Origin: Adineta vaga | Lineage: Eukaryota; Animalia; Rotifera | Assembly (NCBI GenBank): GCA_021613535.1 | Contig: CP075495.1 | Location: forward strand, 4,712,001-4,776,000 | Length of the DNA: 64,000 nucleotides | Direction of reading: 5' to 3' | In this document: in pieces, positions 1 to 11,362 of the stretch | How the letters are laid out: the number at the start of each line of letters is the position of its first letter | How positions within the stretch are numbered: the first letter of the stretch is position 1 | Notes under the pieces: generated by a model | The model's database searches: none | What the model saw: the letters and a program-made list of their open reading frames with translations, nothing else | What the model was told of the DNA's origin: nothing | Position numbers and translations under genes: made by a program

Positions 1-285
1 ATTTGGTTCAGTACCTTCATTTAGTTTTGGGGCAGGTGCAGCAGCTCCTACAAGTAATACTCCATTCCAGTTTTCTGCAAATCCAGGACCAGCAACGTCC
101 AACACATTTTCTACTAGTTTTTCAGCAGTTGCACAACCTTCGGCATCTGAAAATAAGTAAGAAGAATCTTGGAAAAAAATATAAATTACTATTTATCTAT
201 TCTACTTTTTAGTCCTTTCAGTGTCGCAGATGACTCTACAAATAGACGTCCTGTTATTAAAGCTAAACGTCGAGCTAAACCATAG
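1..285 (+). CDS. 3' end of an FG-repeat nucleoporin (Nup153/Nup1-like), truncated by the window
   Basis: Reads FGSVPSFSFGAGAAAPTSNTPFQFS..., then an intron (~157-212), then PFSVADDSTNRRPVIKAKRRAKP*. FG/FxFG motifs and a basic C-terminal tail are typical of Nup153/Nup1. Confidence 0.6.
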
Positions 286-624
286 AAATCTCGTTCGTTT
301 GTAGTCAAACATATTAGAACAATATTATTCATAGTCGCGCTTTTTTCTGTCTTTCTGTGTGTATGTGTGTGTAATGCCTGTGTATGTGTGTTTTTTTGTT
401 GTTCTTTGTTTCTCTCTCTTGTGCGTGATATGAAAAAAAAGAAATGTAGTAGTTTGTTCGAGAGCAACGAAGAGAACAGAAAAAAAAGCGATAGGATTTA
501 AAAGAGAAATAATATATGAAAAAAAAGTAACAAGACTCATGTGTGAATGTATTGCGCAAGCAAATTGAAAAATATATATAACTATTACACAATTCTCTTG
601 TAGATTTCATTTATTCATTTTAAC

Positions 625-1169
625 ATGGTCAAAGTTCGAAAAGGTACTAAGCCACCACCGGATGGATGGTAAGTTTTTGTACTATTTTATAAATGAACAT
701 ATTATCTTTTGATTCTTTTCTTACAGGGATTTAATTGAACCAACATTGGATGAAATTGAAGCAAAAATGCGTGAAGCAGAATTAGCACCGCATGATGGTA
801 AACGAAAAGTAGAAACATTATGGCCCATATTTAAAATTCATCATCAAAAATCTCGTTATCTCTATGATCTTTATTATAAACGTAAAACAATCAGTAAAGA
901 ATTATATGATTATTGTATAAAACAATCGATTGGAGACAAAAATTTAATTGGTAAGAACGAAAAATATTTATTGGAGATTTTATTTTTTAAATTTTGTTTT
1001 AGCTCAATGGAAAAAACAAGGTTATGAAAATCTTTGTTGTCTTCGTTGTATTCAACCACGCGATACAAATTTCAATAAAAAATGTATATGCCGTGTACCG
1101 AAGGAAAAACTCGAAGAAGGAAAAGTGGTTGAATGTGTTCATTGTGGATGCCGTGGATGTTCCGGTTAA
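625..1169 (+). CDS. BUD31: BUD31/G10 spliceosomal protein (3 exons)
   Basis: [15 protein letters not shown]|[18 protein letters not shown]...[14 protein letters not shown]...[12 protein letters not shown]...CICRVP...[12 protein letters not shown], the G10 signature. Confidence 0.97.
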
Positions 1170-2293
1170 ATAGCAATCTTTTCTTCTGTTTTTATGACTG
1201 TTTCTTAGAACGGCATAAATAGTTTGTCATTTCTTTGATTGCTCTTTTTTTTCTTGTTTTCTGTTTACTGTACAAAAAAAAGACGAAGAAATATCAGAAA
1301 AAATATCAATAAAAAGTTTCTTTTTTCAGATCTGAATGTATGTATATATATATATATATTATTAGGTGTTAAATGCACGATTATTGTGTCATTTAATCCA
1401 TAAAGATAGACATGGATGATAAGTAAATGTTTACAATCATCATCGATTATTCTAAACACTGTAAAACAAAACAGTCCATATACGTAAGATAACTCCTAGA
1501 TATATCATACGTTTTATTACTTCAATGAAAATCTCATTATTCTAGAGATGTCTTTGATATCGTATGGAATAATACACTTATATATTATAAGCCGATTTCT
1601 TTTCTGAACGTCAGGCTATTTATATCACTGAAAGAACATGATAGATAAGAACTTATCGAAGAATGGTTTATTATTCTCTTAGTTTAGTCGTATTATTGAT
1701 AAATTGAAAATGAATTCTTTTGAATATCTTTGAAGATAGATATTCTATATGAAACTGGCAGCATTGGCATCGAAAATAGGAGAGCATGAAAATGAACAAG
1801 AGCCGCCAGAATCAACGCACAGTCTTCCATGCATGTAGAGTCATCTGTTATAAGTCTCTATATTAATTTATGATTATAAAATTGAATTTTATCAGTATTT
1901 TCTATATGTAGTAAACGAATTACTATACCGATTTCCGATTACTAATGAAAATAACTAACTTTTAGATTTCTAAGATATGCAAAAGCCTACTAATTCACAT
2001 AAACAGCTGCGTTCGGTAAATCACCATTTGTTTTTCTCTTCTTGCATGACTTACACTTTTTTCTTTCTTTTAACTCTCACTCATCCGAGCATCCGTCAGA
2101 TTTTTTTTTCATCAGCATGAATATTTCTATGCGCTTCACAGCATTTTCTCCATCCGTTTTTTCTCTCTCACTCTCTCATCGTTTTATCTCTTATTTTTCA
2201 AACCATCGTTGAATTTGTCATCTGAGCATGAACACATCATTTTCTTCTTTTTTTCTTTTTAGAATAAACAACATCTCGAGTTTTATCATCAGA

Positions 2294-3189
2294 ATGCCTC
2301 CAACGACATCAGGAAAACCTCATGTCATTGTTCTAAGTGGACCAAGCGGGTAAGATTAGTTACAAAATAACGAAAAAGAAAACTTTAAAGTTATTCTTTA
2401 CTATTTTAGATCAGGCAAAAGTACATTGATTACGAAACTATTTGAAGAATATCCAACAGCATTCGCATTTAGTATATCTCGTATGTGTTGATTTGAAAAA
2501 AATATTATTTCTATCCTCCATTTGTGTAGATACAACAAGATCTCCTCGTTCTGGTGAACAGAATGGCCGCGGTATATAAGATAGTCTTTTTAATTGCGAA
2601 ATGATTGTCATTCGATTTTTATAGAGTACCATTTTGTATCTCGATCTGACATGGAAAGTATGCTTAAGCGTGGTGAATTTCTTGAATCAACGGAATTCTC
2701 AGGAAATCTTTATGGAACAAGGTTATAACAAATAAAGAATCAACTTTAATAATCTAAATGATCTACTGTAATTTTAGTAAAAAAGCAGTTGAAGATGTTA
2801 TACAAACAGGTCGCATATGTTTACTTGATGTTGACAAACAGGGTGTAAAAAATATTCGAAATACCGATCTTAGTGCTATATTTATCTACATTAGTCCACC
2901 GAGTTATGAAATTCTCGAGCAACGTTTACGCGGACGAAAAACAGACAGTGAAGCGGCTATCGAAAAACGTTTAACAGAAGCAAAAGAATCCATGGAATTC
3001 AGTAAAGAACCCGGCGTCTATGATCGTGTTATATTGAATGATCAACTTGACGTTGCTTATCAATCTATAAAAGATATTCTGCGCGAGGTGAGAGAGGATA
3101 AAACAAAAGGTTTCTAATGAAATCAAATCTATTTTTAGGATATCGAAGCTGTTTTGGAACAACAAAAAGCAACCAATGCTAGCAAATAA
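2294..3189 (+). CDS. GUK1: Guanylate kinase (multi-exon)
   Basis: P-loop VLSGPSGSGKST, then TTRSPRSGEQNG, GNLYGT, ICLLDVDKQGV and LEQRLRGRKTDS across short introns. Confidence 0.95.
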
Positions 3190-3448
3190 ATATCTCATAG
3201 AATATCTCTATCAACAATAAACAGTGAATAACATTATCCTATTTCATTCTTCATTGTCTAGTTTTTTAACTCTTTAAAAAAAACACATTTATTGAGAATT
3301 TTCTTATACTTAATATAGATATCAAACTGAACATATAAAGTTGATGTCAAAATCTATTTTATATGATTTCAGAAAACTGAATGAAAAATAAAAACTTGAC
3401 TTGAATATTTTTGTTTGTTGATCTTTGATAAAAATACAATTCTTCTAG

Positions 3449-4020
3449 ATGACGAATCAAGGAGAACAAATCCGTCTTGCTCAAGGTGGTGTACATGATA
3501 ATCATGATTTTGTTTTGAAATATTTAGAGGAAATTGAAGCACTAGCTGAAAATGTTCTTGCTGAACGACGAGAAATAATCGAATTAAATAAACGACGTGA
3601 TAAATTACGTGAAGCTAGTCGGTATGTTGATGTATTAACCATTCTTTCTATGGATCTTTGATATATTCATAGAGCTATTCATAAACAAACGCCAAATATC
3701 AAAACCAATTGGATGTGTTTAAACAATAATTTTCTTGCTATACCAACAAAAGATTGTAAACGTTTAATTGATCGAGGTAAGAGCCATAACAGAAGAGTTT
3801 TTGTTTATGATTAGTTTATCTGTGTTGTTATTATTTTTCTTTTCATTTAGATTTTGATCAAATCAATTTAGAAATCAATCAAGCAGAAAAAAAACTAAAA
3901 GAAAATATTAAAAAACTATATGATGCAGAAAAAAAGCCTGAAATTCGTGGTTTTAATTTGAAATCTCTATCACGTGAAGAACGTCAGGAATTTGATCAAT
4001 TGTTAGAACCATACATTTGA
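3449..4020 (+). CDS. PDRG1: p53 and DNA damage-regulated protein 1 (prefoldin-like), 3 exons
   Basis: LKYLEEIEALAENVLAERREIIELNKRRDKLREA...WMCLNNNF...KPEIRGFNLKSLSREE matches the PDRG1 pattern. Confidence 0.85.
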
Positions 4021-4083
4021 TATTTATATATATATATATATTTATAATAAAATAAAAAGTAAAGAAAATAATTGATGTTCATA

Positions 4084-5383
4084 CTAATGAGCAGATGATC
4101 GTCGTGGTGGTAACTGAAATCCTTGGTATGTTTGTACTGCTTGTCTATAATTTTGTCGATTAATTTGTAAGTCAATATTTTTATGTATAACAGAATCTGT
4201 TGGTCGTGTCTTAGGATATTTATTTGGATAATAAGTTTTGCCTTGTTTATTCACGACATTTTTCACTTGAGTAAACATTGAATTAACTGCATATGGGTCT
4301 TTTTCACTACGTTTTGGAAATTTATCAAAGCATCCATCTTTGTTACCACCAAGCTGAATAAAAACGAATTTTTCTTCGAAACAATCGAAAATTCAAACAT
4401 ACCGATTTGCCTGGTGAACTATATTTAAAGGGTTTCTTATCAGCTGGAGCTGATTTTGATCGTTCTTTAGGTTCACCACGGCTTTTCATACCTTTACCAT
4501 CGCCACCAAATGGATTACGATCAAAATACTCTTTTGGATGCATATTTAATTTAAATACACCAGCTTTCATAGCTGTTTTATGATGAGTATAGTCTTTCTA
4601 TAAAAAAATGAAGAAGAAACCAAATGCAATGATTTCTACAAGTCATACTCGTTGAGCTTCTAATGGTGCATCATAGTTATCTGTTTTTTCTTTGTATGCA
4701 TAAGGTGGATCTTTATCGATACCTAAATTTGGATAACTAAAGAAAGAGAAAAGGAATTGAAAATCTACTCAGAGAAAAATATGACTTACCCATAACCTGT
4801 TCCTTTTTTCGATGGATTTACTTTAAAATTTGATTTTTCTGCTGGTTGTTTTTCTGTTTCACGATATTTTGCTTTAGTTGGATCTAGATCCTCCACAGGA
4901 CCACCTATTGTTCCAAAGAATGAACCGAGACCTTCGCTAAAATGGATTATTTTGATCAGATATTAAAACACATGCATCTATAATTATCAATTAAAATTCA
5001 CATACGGATCTCTTGCTCGATACATGCTAACGAATGGTTTACTAACAATATTCTTCTTTTTTTCTTCCATACGTGCTCGTCGACGCATTGATACAGGATC
5101 AATATAAATTCCAGGTAAGGTTTTAAATTCATTATCAAAATATCCAGCCATCGATCCAGTTGATCTTGGCTTCGAACTTTTACTCATCATTTGTTTATTT
5201 TTATATGCAACTTCATTAAAATTAACTTTTAAAACACAAATATTTATATGTAGATATATCAACATTTTATTATATGTTAATTAACTTACAACGAGATGCT
5301 TCCGTATATGGATCTTTGATAGTCACATATTCCATCTCTTTAAATAGACCTACACGGTCCATATCGGTCTTACCACTTGCCAT
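4084..5383 (-). CDS. CFAP96: UPF0602 / C4orf47 (CFAP96) cilia-associated protein
   Basis: N-terminus MASGKTDMDRVGLFKEMEYVTIKDPY, then FNEVAYKNKQM, AGYFDNEF, GLGSFFGTIGG and NPSKKGTGYGYPNL; multi-exon. Confidence 0.88.
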
Positions 5384-5746
5384 TGTTAGATTTCAAAGAT
5401 GCACAAACGCGTTCTTGAAAAAACAATTTATTTTATATTATACGTCACACAATTTTGAAAAGAAAAGGCAACGCATTGCCATTATTATAGTTTCTGTCAG
5501 GACAACGATAACATAGTAACAATTTTTTTTTGCATAGTGTTTCTTTTCCTCTTTACATAGAGCGCGCTATGAATCGAGAAAATGTATCATTTTATTTTAC
5601 TTTCAAATAGAGAATAGCGAGAGATTTTTTACGAGAAAGTAATCAGATACTGTTTTTAGAATGATATTTATTGATTTTTCTTGATCACAACAAACTAAAA
5701 GAAACAAATTACAACGTGTAAAAAAAAGAGAAGAGTTCTGATATAT

Positions 5747-7186
5747 TTATTCGTGTTTATGAATTGGCGGTTTGAAAGCTGAATGTGAACCACTGCCAAT
5801 AATTGATGGATTTTGACTATTAATTTCAAACGGAAATCGTCTCGGAATAATCGGCAATGGTAAACGAAAAGAACTTGGTACAAATAATGGTGAGCGAAAA
5901 AATTGTAACCAATCTGTTGAATTAAGTGCAACAAGAGACAATGGATTGGATGCTGGTAATGGTGGTGGAAAAGGAAAATAATGAGATGTTGCGAGAGATA
6001 AAGGAGGTGGGGGTGGAGGAGGAAGAAACATATTCATATCAGATAAGTGTTCATCGGCTGTTGTTGATGATACAACATTATGTGTTGGTAATCGTTTTTC
6101 TTTTGTTTTTGTTTTTGATACTTTAGCTGGTGGTGGAGTTGGTAACATAACTTCTTCTTCTTCTTCTTCATCCTCTCCTTCTATGTCTACTTCTTTTTTA
6201 TCTTCATGTTTTTCTGCATCATCTTCTTCAGTTTCTTCTTTATCTTCATCATTCATTTCTTCATTTTGATCATTATTGTCATTTGTAGAATCATTGTTAT
6301 TGTTACTATTCATTGTCGATGTCTTTGATCTACCAGTCGAAATTGTTGTTGCTGATGTTGTACGTTTTCTATTACCACCATTAAACATAGCTTTGACATC
6401 TTCCCATGCATCTCGTAGATCTTCACTTTGTGTTGGATTATGTAAACGTAAATGACGACGCCATGCATTAAAATTTGGACTATCGGGTTGTACATAAGTA
6501 ACATTGGGTAAACGATGCGAATGAAATATAAATTTATTTGGAGAAAGAAAACTATCGCAATATGAACATCTATATGATAAGCATAGTAGATAAACATACA
6601 ATTGAAAATATATGTTTTACCTAATACATTTTGCTCGTGAACTGTTGTATCGTATTGGAATAAAGAGACCACGACATCCCCATGCACAATGATGATAGAC
6701 TTCAAAAACAAAATTTTCTGGTAAATTTAACGGTTTAGTTGATTCAAGAAAAGAATTAACTAAACGTTCAGCTTCTCGACGAGTTATCATACCACAACGT
6801 CTGGATGAACTTGGCATAGCACCTTGAAAATAAAATCACATTTTTTTCTACAGTTTATCTACATACATCATATGTTCTTACCTGCTCGTCGAAGTAATTC
6901 TAATTGAACAGGTGTACATTGAACACAAGTTATACCTAATGCTAAAAAAAAGGTCATCAACTATAACTCAAAGACGATAAACATCAGATAAAATCATACC
7001 AACACGTCGATTATGTATTTCATTATAACTAAAATCTTTCAATAAATCATTTGATATCTGTGCCAAACATAATCGTTCTTTTCCATCCGTAATTAAACTT
7101 ACAATAGGTGCACCACGTATAGTGCATGTTGATACATAACTGTTATCATGATGCCGACTTTCATTCATAGTTAAATTTTCTTCCAT
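5747..7186 (-). CDS. SKOR: Ski family transcriptional corepressor (SKOR/Fussel/CORL)
   Basis: Ski/Sno domain ERLCLAQISNDLLKDFSYNEIHNRRVALGITCVQCTPVQLELLRRAGAMPSSSRRCGMITRREAERL; SAND/SMAD-binding domain CAWGCRGLFIPIRYNSSRAKCI...FLSPNKFIFHSH...NFNAWRRHL. Confidence 0.93.
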
Positions 7187-8758
7187 GTCTAAAAGATAGA
7201 AGATGAGTTGTTATTTTTTTGTATTGGATATTTTTCTATCGGCAGATGCTAAACTGTTTTACAGTCAACTGAACTTCTCTGATGTGCCACTTGAATTTCT
7301 GATGAGAAAAAAGACAAGAAGAAAAAGATATATATATATATAGTTTTGTAGCATATGAACCATATAATCCTCGATAAAAAGTGATTAGTGACATAATGAA
7401 ATCGTTTTCGGAATTGAAGAGAAAAAGAAAATTAGCAAATGGGTATATGCATTCTTAAAAAGATCATCATCATCGATTGAAAAAAAGACAAGTGAATGTC
7501 TTTGATTATGCCGTCGTGAACACTTGAAATGATGAGAGAACGAGTAGGAAAAAAAAACAAAAATTGATTTATTTTAAACTCGACTAACTTTCTATCCTTT
7601 TTTTCTTTAATAAAACTTAGTCTAGTAATTATTCTCAATCCGTTGACATTCATTTTCTTTTCTTTCTTCCTTCGGAGAAAAATTCTTCGATTGGCTATTG
7701 AGATTTGTTTTATAACCAATGAGAACACATCCGGATGGATAAATGAGATGAAAAAAGGATACTTTCTTTGCCTTCTCTTTACATTTGAGACATTCCATCA
7801 TCATTATTTCATTTGACACTTTGTCTTTATTCTAAACAAAAATTGAAGGTGTATATCTATATATATGCTTCCATTTACATTCATCATCGGATGTATTATA
7901 GTGATCATAATTTTCTATTTAAATGACATACACTTTATTTCAAACGTTCTATCGTCAAGATGTGTCGATTTAATTGATGCATCACTTCATCTATTGAGAC
8001 AATTTTCTTTTTGCTACACTCAAATTTTATTCACGCGAATAAGAGAAAGTTAAGAAAAACATACGAAGGCAATAAAGCAAAAAAGAAGATAGACAAAAAT
8101 TATGTTCAAACTATTTTTTCCTCACATTGATTGTTGTCTGCTGAAAGAACGACACAAATGACAAATCAATGAAGAGGAAAAAATATGATATAATTCGTAT
8201 CATATTATTAACGATTGTTTGATCTAGTTAATTCTATGATTGCTGGTTTGATCGTAAAATTTTTGAACGGAAAGCTCGTTAATATCATGTTTTTATTAGT
8301 TTATACTAACAACAATGAGTTATTACCTATTGTACTCATAATCTACATCTGATAAGCTAAGTTATTGCTCTTGTCTTCTTTCCAATCATTTCTTTTTTGT
8401 TTGACATCAGCGAACATGCAAAACTTAATTCTTTAAAGTTGTAAGTTTAACCCATTGTCGAACTGAATTGATCAAAGATTTTATGTCTATTTAAGTTATG
8501 TTTTACTGCTGTGCATCATCGATATTGTCTTTTAAACTTAGTCCGTGTGCAAAATGGAATGCAAGTGGTATTGAGGGTGTAGGTGTGTGATTTATATCGA
8601 ACGCTTCTGAAACAACACACATATCCTTCAATTTCTCACTCACTTTCTGGTGTCGTATGCATTTATTCCACCTCCATCCAACTATCATTGCAGAAATCCT
8701 CACCCACTCAGTGTTAGCATTAGTAATGACTCACACTAAAGCCACTAAGATTTAGATG

Positions 8759-8832
8759 GTTCTTCTAGCCTAATTAGCTTAGTACACCTGTCCGAATAGC
8801 AGAAAGTGTGGATTCGAGTACCACGAAGATCA
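8759..8832 (+). pseudogene. Degenerate tRNA-like sequence (tRNA pseudogene or tRNA-derived SINE head)
   Basis: Acceptor stem GTTCTTC/GAAGATC (6 of 7 pairs), A-box-like TAGCCTAATT, anticodon arm CCTGT-CCGAATA-GCAGA, T-arm GTGGA-TTCGAGT-ACCAC. The stems carry several mismatches. Confidence 0.5.
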
Positions 8833-9187
8833 TCTCTGGCTCATATATGAAGCTAACATATATAAATCATTATTTAATATAACTGAAAGTCTATATATAC
8901 GTGAAATGATACAATCAAATCAATCAATCTTTGTTTTAAATTGTTTTTCATTAAATCAAACTTGTCATTTATTAATCTCGAGTTCTAATTCACGTTCTAT
9001 TCAACTTATCTTGATACATCATCACCAGTATTTCACGACATACCAGTGAATAGTCTTGATTTCAATTTGACAATTATTACAGATTCTGGCTATAGTCTTT
9101 CATTAAGTTTATCTTCGAACCAATCGGTGATTATGGATATTTGAACTTTGAATTTATCCATTTCTATTAAATGCAGCTGATTATCCA

Positions 9188-9262
9188 CTAGAGGGTGTGG
9201 GTGTGGGTGAGTGCTCCTTCTTCTCTCATGCACACCCTCACAGCCACACCCTTCTTTCCCGT
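9188..9262. repeat. Short dispersed element with (TGTGGG)-like repeats in inverted arrangement
   Basis: gagggtgtgggtgtgggtg...cacaccctcacagccacaccc; a diverged inverted copy at ~9548-9612 and similar tracts at ~8573 and ~60348. Confidence 0.5.
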
Positions 9263-9648
9263 GACTAAAGTTTAAGGTCTAAAACTGAAATTCGTCCATC
9301 ATTCTAATCTCAATAATTTCTTACATGCACAGAAAAAGTTTGAACCACGTCCATTAAGTTCTAATATAGTTAACGCTCTAAACATTCAATAAACCACAAA
9401 TAACACACTCTATGAAAAATGTAACGTTCGAATTATTGATATAAAATTTACGATAGATGTGCTTCAGTTTGATAGAAATTTAGTTAATATATTCCTTGTA
9501 GCTTGGGTGAACGAAACTTTAAAACAATGGTACCTATAGGTACCCTTGGGAAAGAAAGGGTTAAGGGTGTGGATGTAGATCATGGCAATACTAACAGCCA
9601 CACCCATACCTCTTATGACGATATGAATAGTTCTAATTAAATTCATAT

Positions 9649-10836
9649 TTATTTATTCATCTGTTCAATAGTTTTTTGAATCCAATCATAATATGCACTG
9701 ATTAGTACATAAACACCCGGATAACCTTCCGGTGCATATTCACAACCATAACTCATAAGACCCATTAAAATCCATCGATTAACATCATATTTTTGTTTAT
9801 CGAAAGCACCACTTCCATAATCACCTTGACATAAATCACGACGAGAATGTTCGGTACCAATACAAAGTTGCTTTTTAGTATTATATGTCTTATAAAGATT
9901 AGGACAGTTGTCCTTGACATTTAAGATTGTTTGTCGTAGTTCATCAGTTTCGGAAACAGACCATGTTGTGTTTGGTACAGTACGCCAACCAGCAACAATC
10001 AATCCTTTTGATTTTTCGATTTGCCTACTTGATCGTGTCAAGCAAGCTGGCTTAACATGATCAGAAAATGTTTCAAGACGTTCATGAAGTCGAATAATAC
10101 CAATGTCATTCTGTGATGTTACACTATTATAATCAGAATGAAAGATGAATCGATCGATAGAAACACGTTGTGTTATATTCGATAGACGATGTGCACCGAG
10201 AACAACGGAATATGAAATAGGAATAAGACTTTGTTGAAAGCAACCCGCTGTCGTTAGAACATGTTGATTATCAATTAAATTTCCAGAACATATATGTCGT
10301 TCATCAAATTGAATTGAAACATGCCATGGTAATGAATGAGGACGTACTTCATTACCACCAACGGTTTGATTTTCATCTGGAGAATAGATCGAAATACCAC
10401 ATGGATTATATTCCAGACAAAAACGTATCTAATCGATGAGAAATTTTAGATATTTAATTTAAAGAAAACAAAACATAACGTTCTTTACTTCGTAATCAAC
10501 ACATTGTTTTCCACCGACAGCATGACATATCAATCCATCCTTGATTGTCGTGTAGTGTGTCATTAATATTGTTTCATTTGTTAATTTTTGATAAGATGCT
10601 TGACGTATTTCAAATGAACCTGTCCATCGAGTTAATTCAAATGTCTTGGGATATTTGGCTTGAATAAGTCCCAAACGTTCGATATCGTTACCATTTGAAT
10701 GAGATTCCCATGGATGATATTCATTAAACCATTCACTAGTATAATTACATTGACTATCAGTTAAAGAAAACGAAACGAATAGAATTAAAAGAGTATACAT
10801 GATATACATAAAGTATGTTTGACAATAAATGGCCAT
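9649..10836 (-). CDS. Secreted WxxW (mucin-2-type) domain plus a catalytically dead trypsin-like protease homolog (2 exons)
   Basis: Signal-like hydrophobic N-terminus; WFNEYHP...GNDIE...GLIC...CVDYEIRFC; then VGGNEVRPHSLPWHVSI, HICSGNLI, VLTTAGC, NDIGII, LCQGDYGSG, GLMSYG and PGVY. Confidence 0.88.
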
Positions 10837-11362
10837 TTTGCCGATGAAAAAGAACAAATATATATATATATGAAAGCATATATATCTGATTACTTCTTTA
10901 TATGATCAATTACTAATCGTTAAGATGACATACTTAAGAAAATAGCAAATACACAAAAAAAAACGAAAGTTTGAAAAAGGATAATTAGATATAAAGTTAA
11001 TTTTGAAAGAAATGAGTAAGAGGAATTCAAAACAATTTATAAGACTACGTCGCGTAATATTAAAATCTGAACTATCAAGCTTTACATAATAAAAGATTAA
11101 AAAAATTGATATTTTCTGATCGTTTAGATTAATGCATTAGAATCCTATCGTTCGTTTTTTCTAAAACTAAAACATATTCTAATTTAAAACAATATATATC
11201 GTTTCATTTTTAACACTATTAACGTCATTTGAATAGATTGACTACAACGTTCTACCAACCATTATATACAGAATTTAATTCTGTATTCGTTACAGTCAAC
11301 TAGATAGTCACCATAGAGCTATGAATGAATATTAGCAAGAAAAAAATCGAATCCATTCTTAA

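Noticed and set aside
189-610. Three overlapping minus-strand ORFs
   Set aside because: They arise from TG/T-rich 3' UTR and intergenic simple sequence.
2118-2293. Upstream exon giving guanylate kinase a mitochondrial presequence
   Set aside because: The peptide from ATG 2118 is presequence-like, but I found no GT donor in the phase needed to join the acceptor at ~2262.
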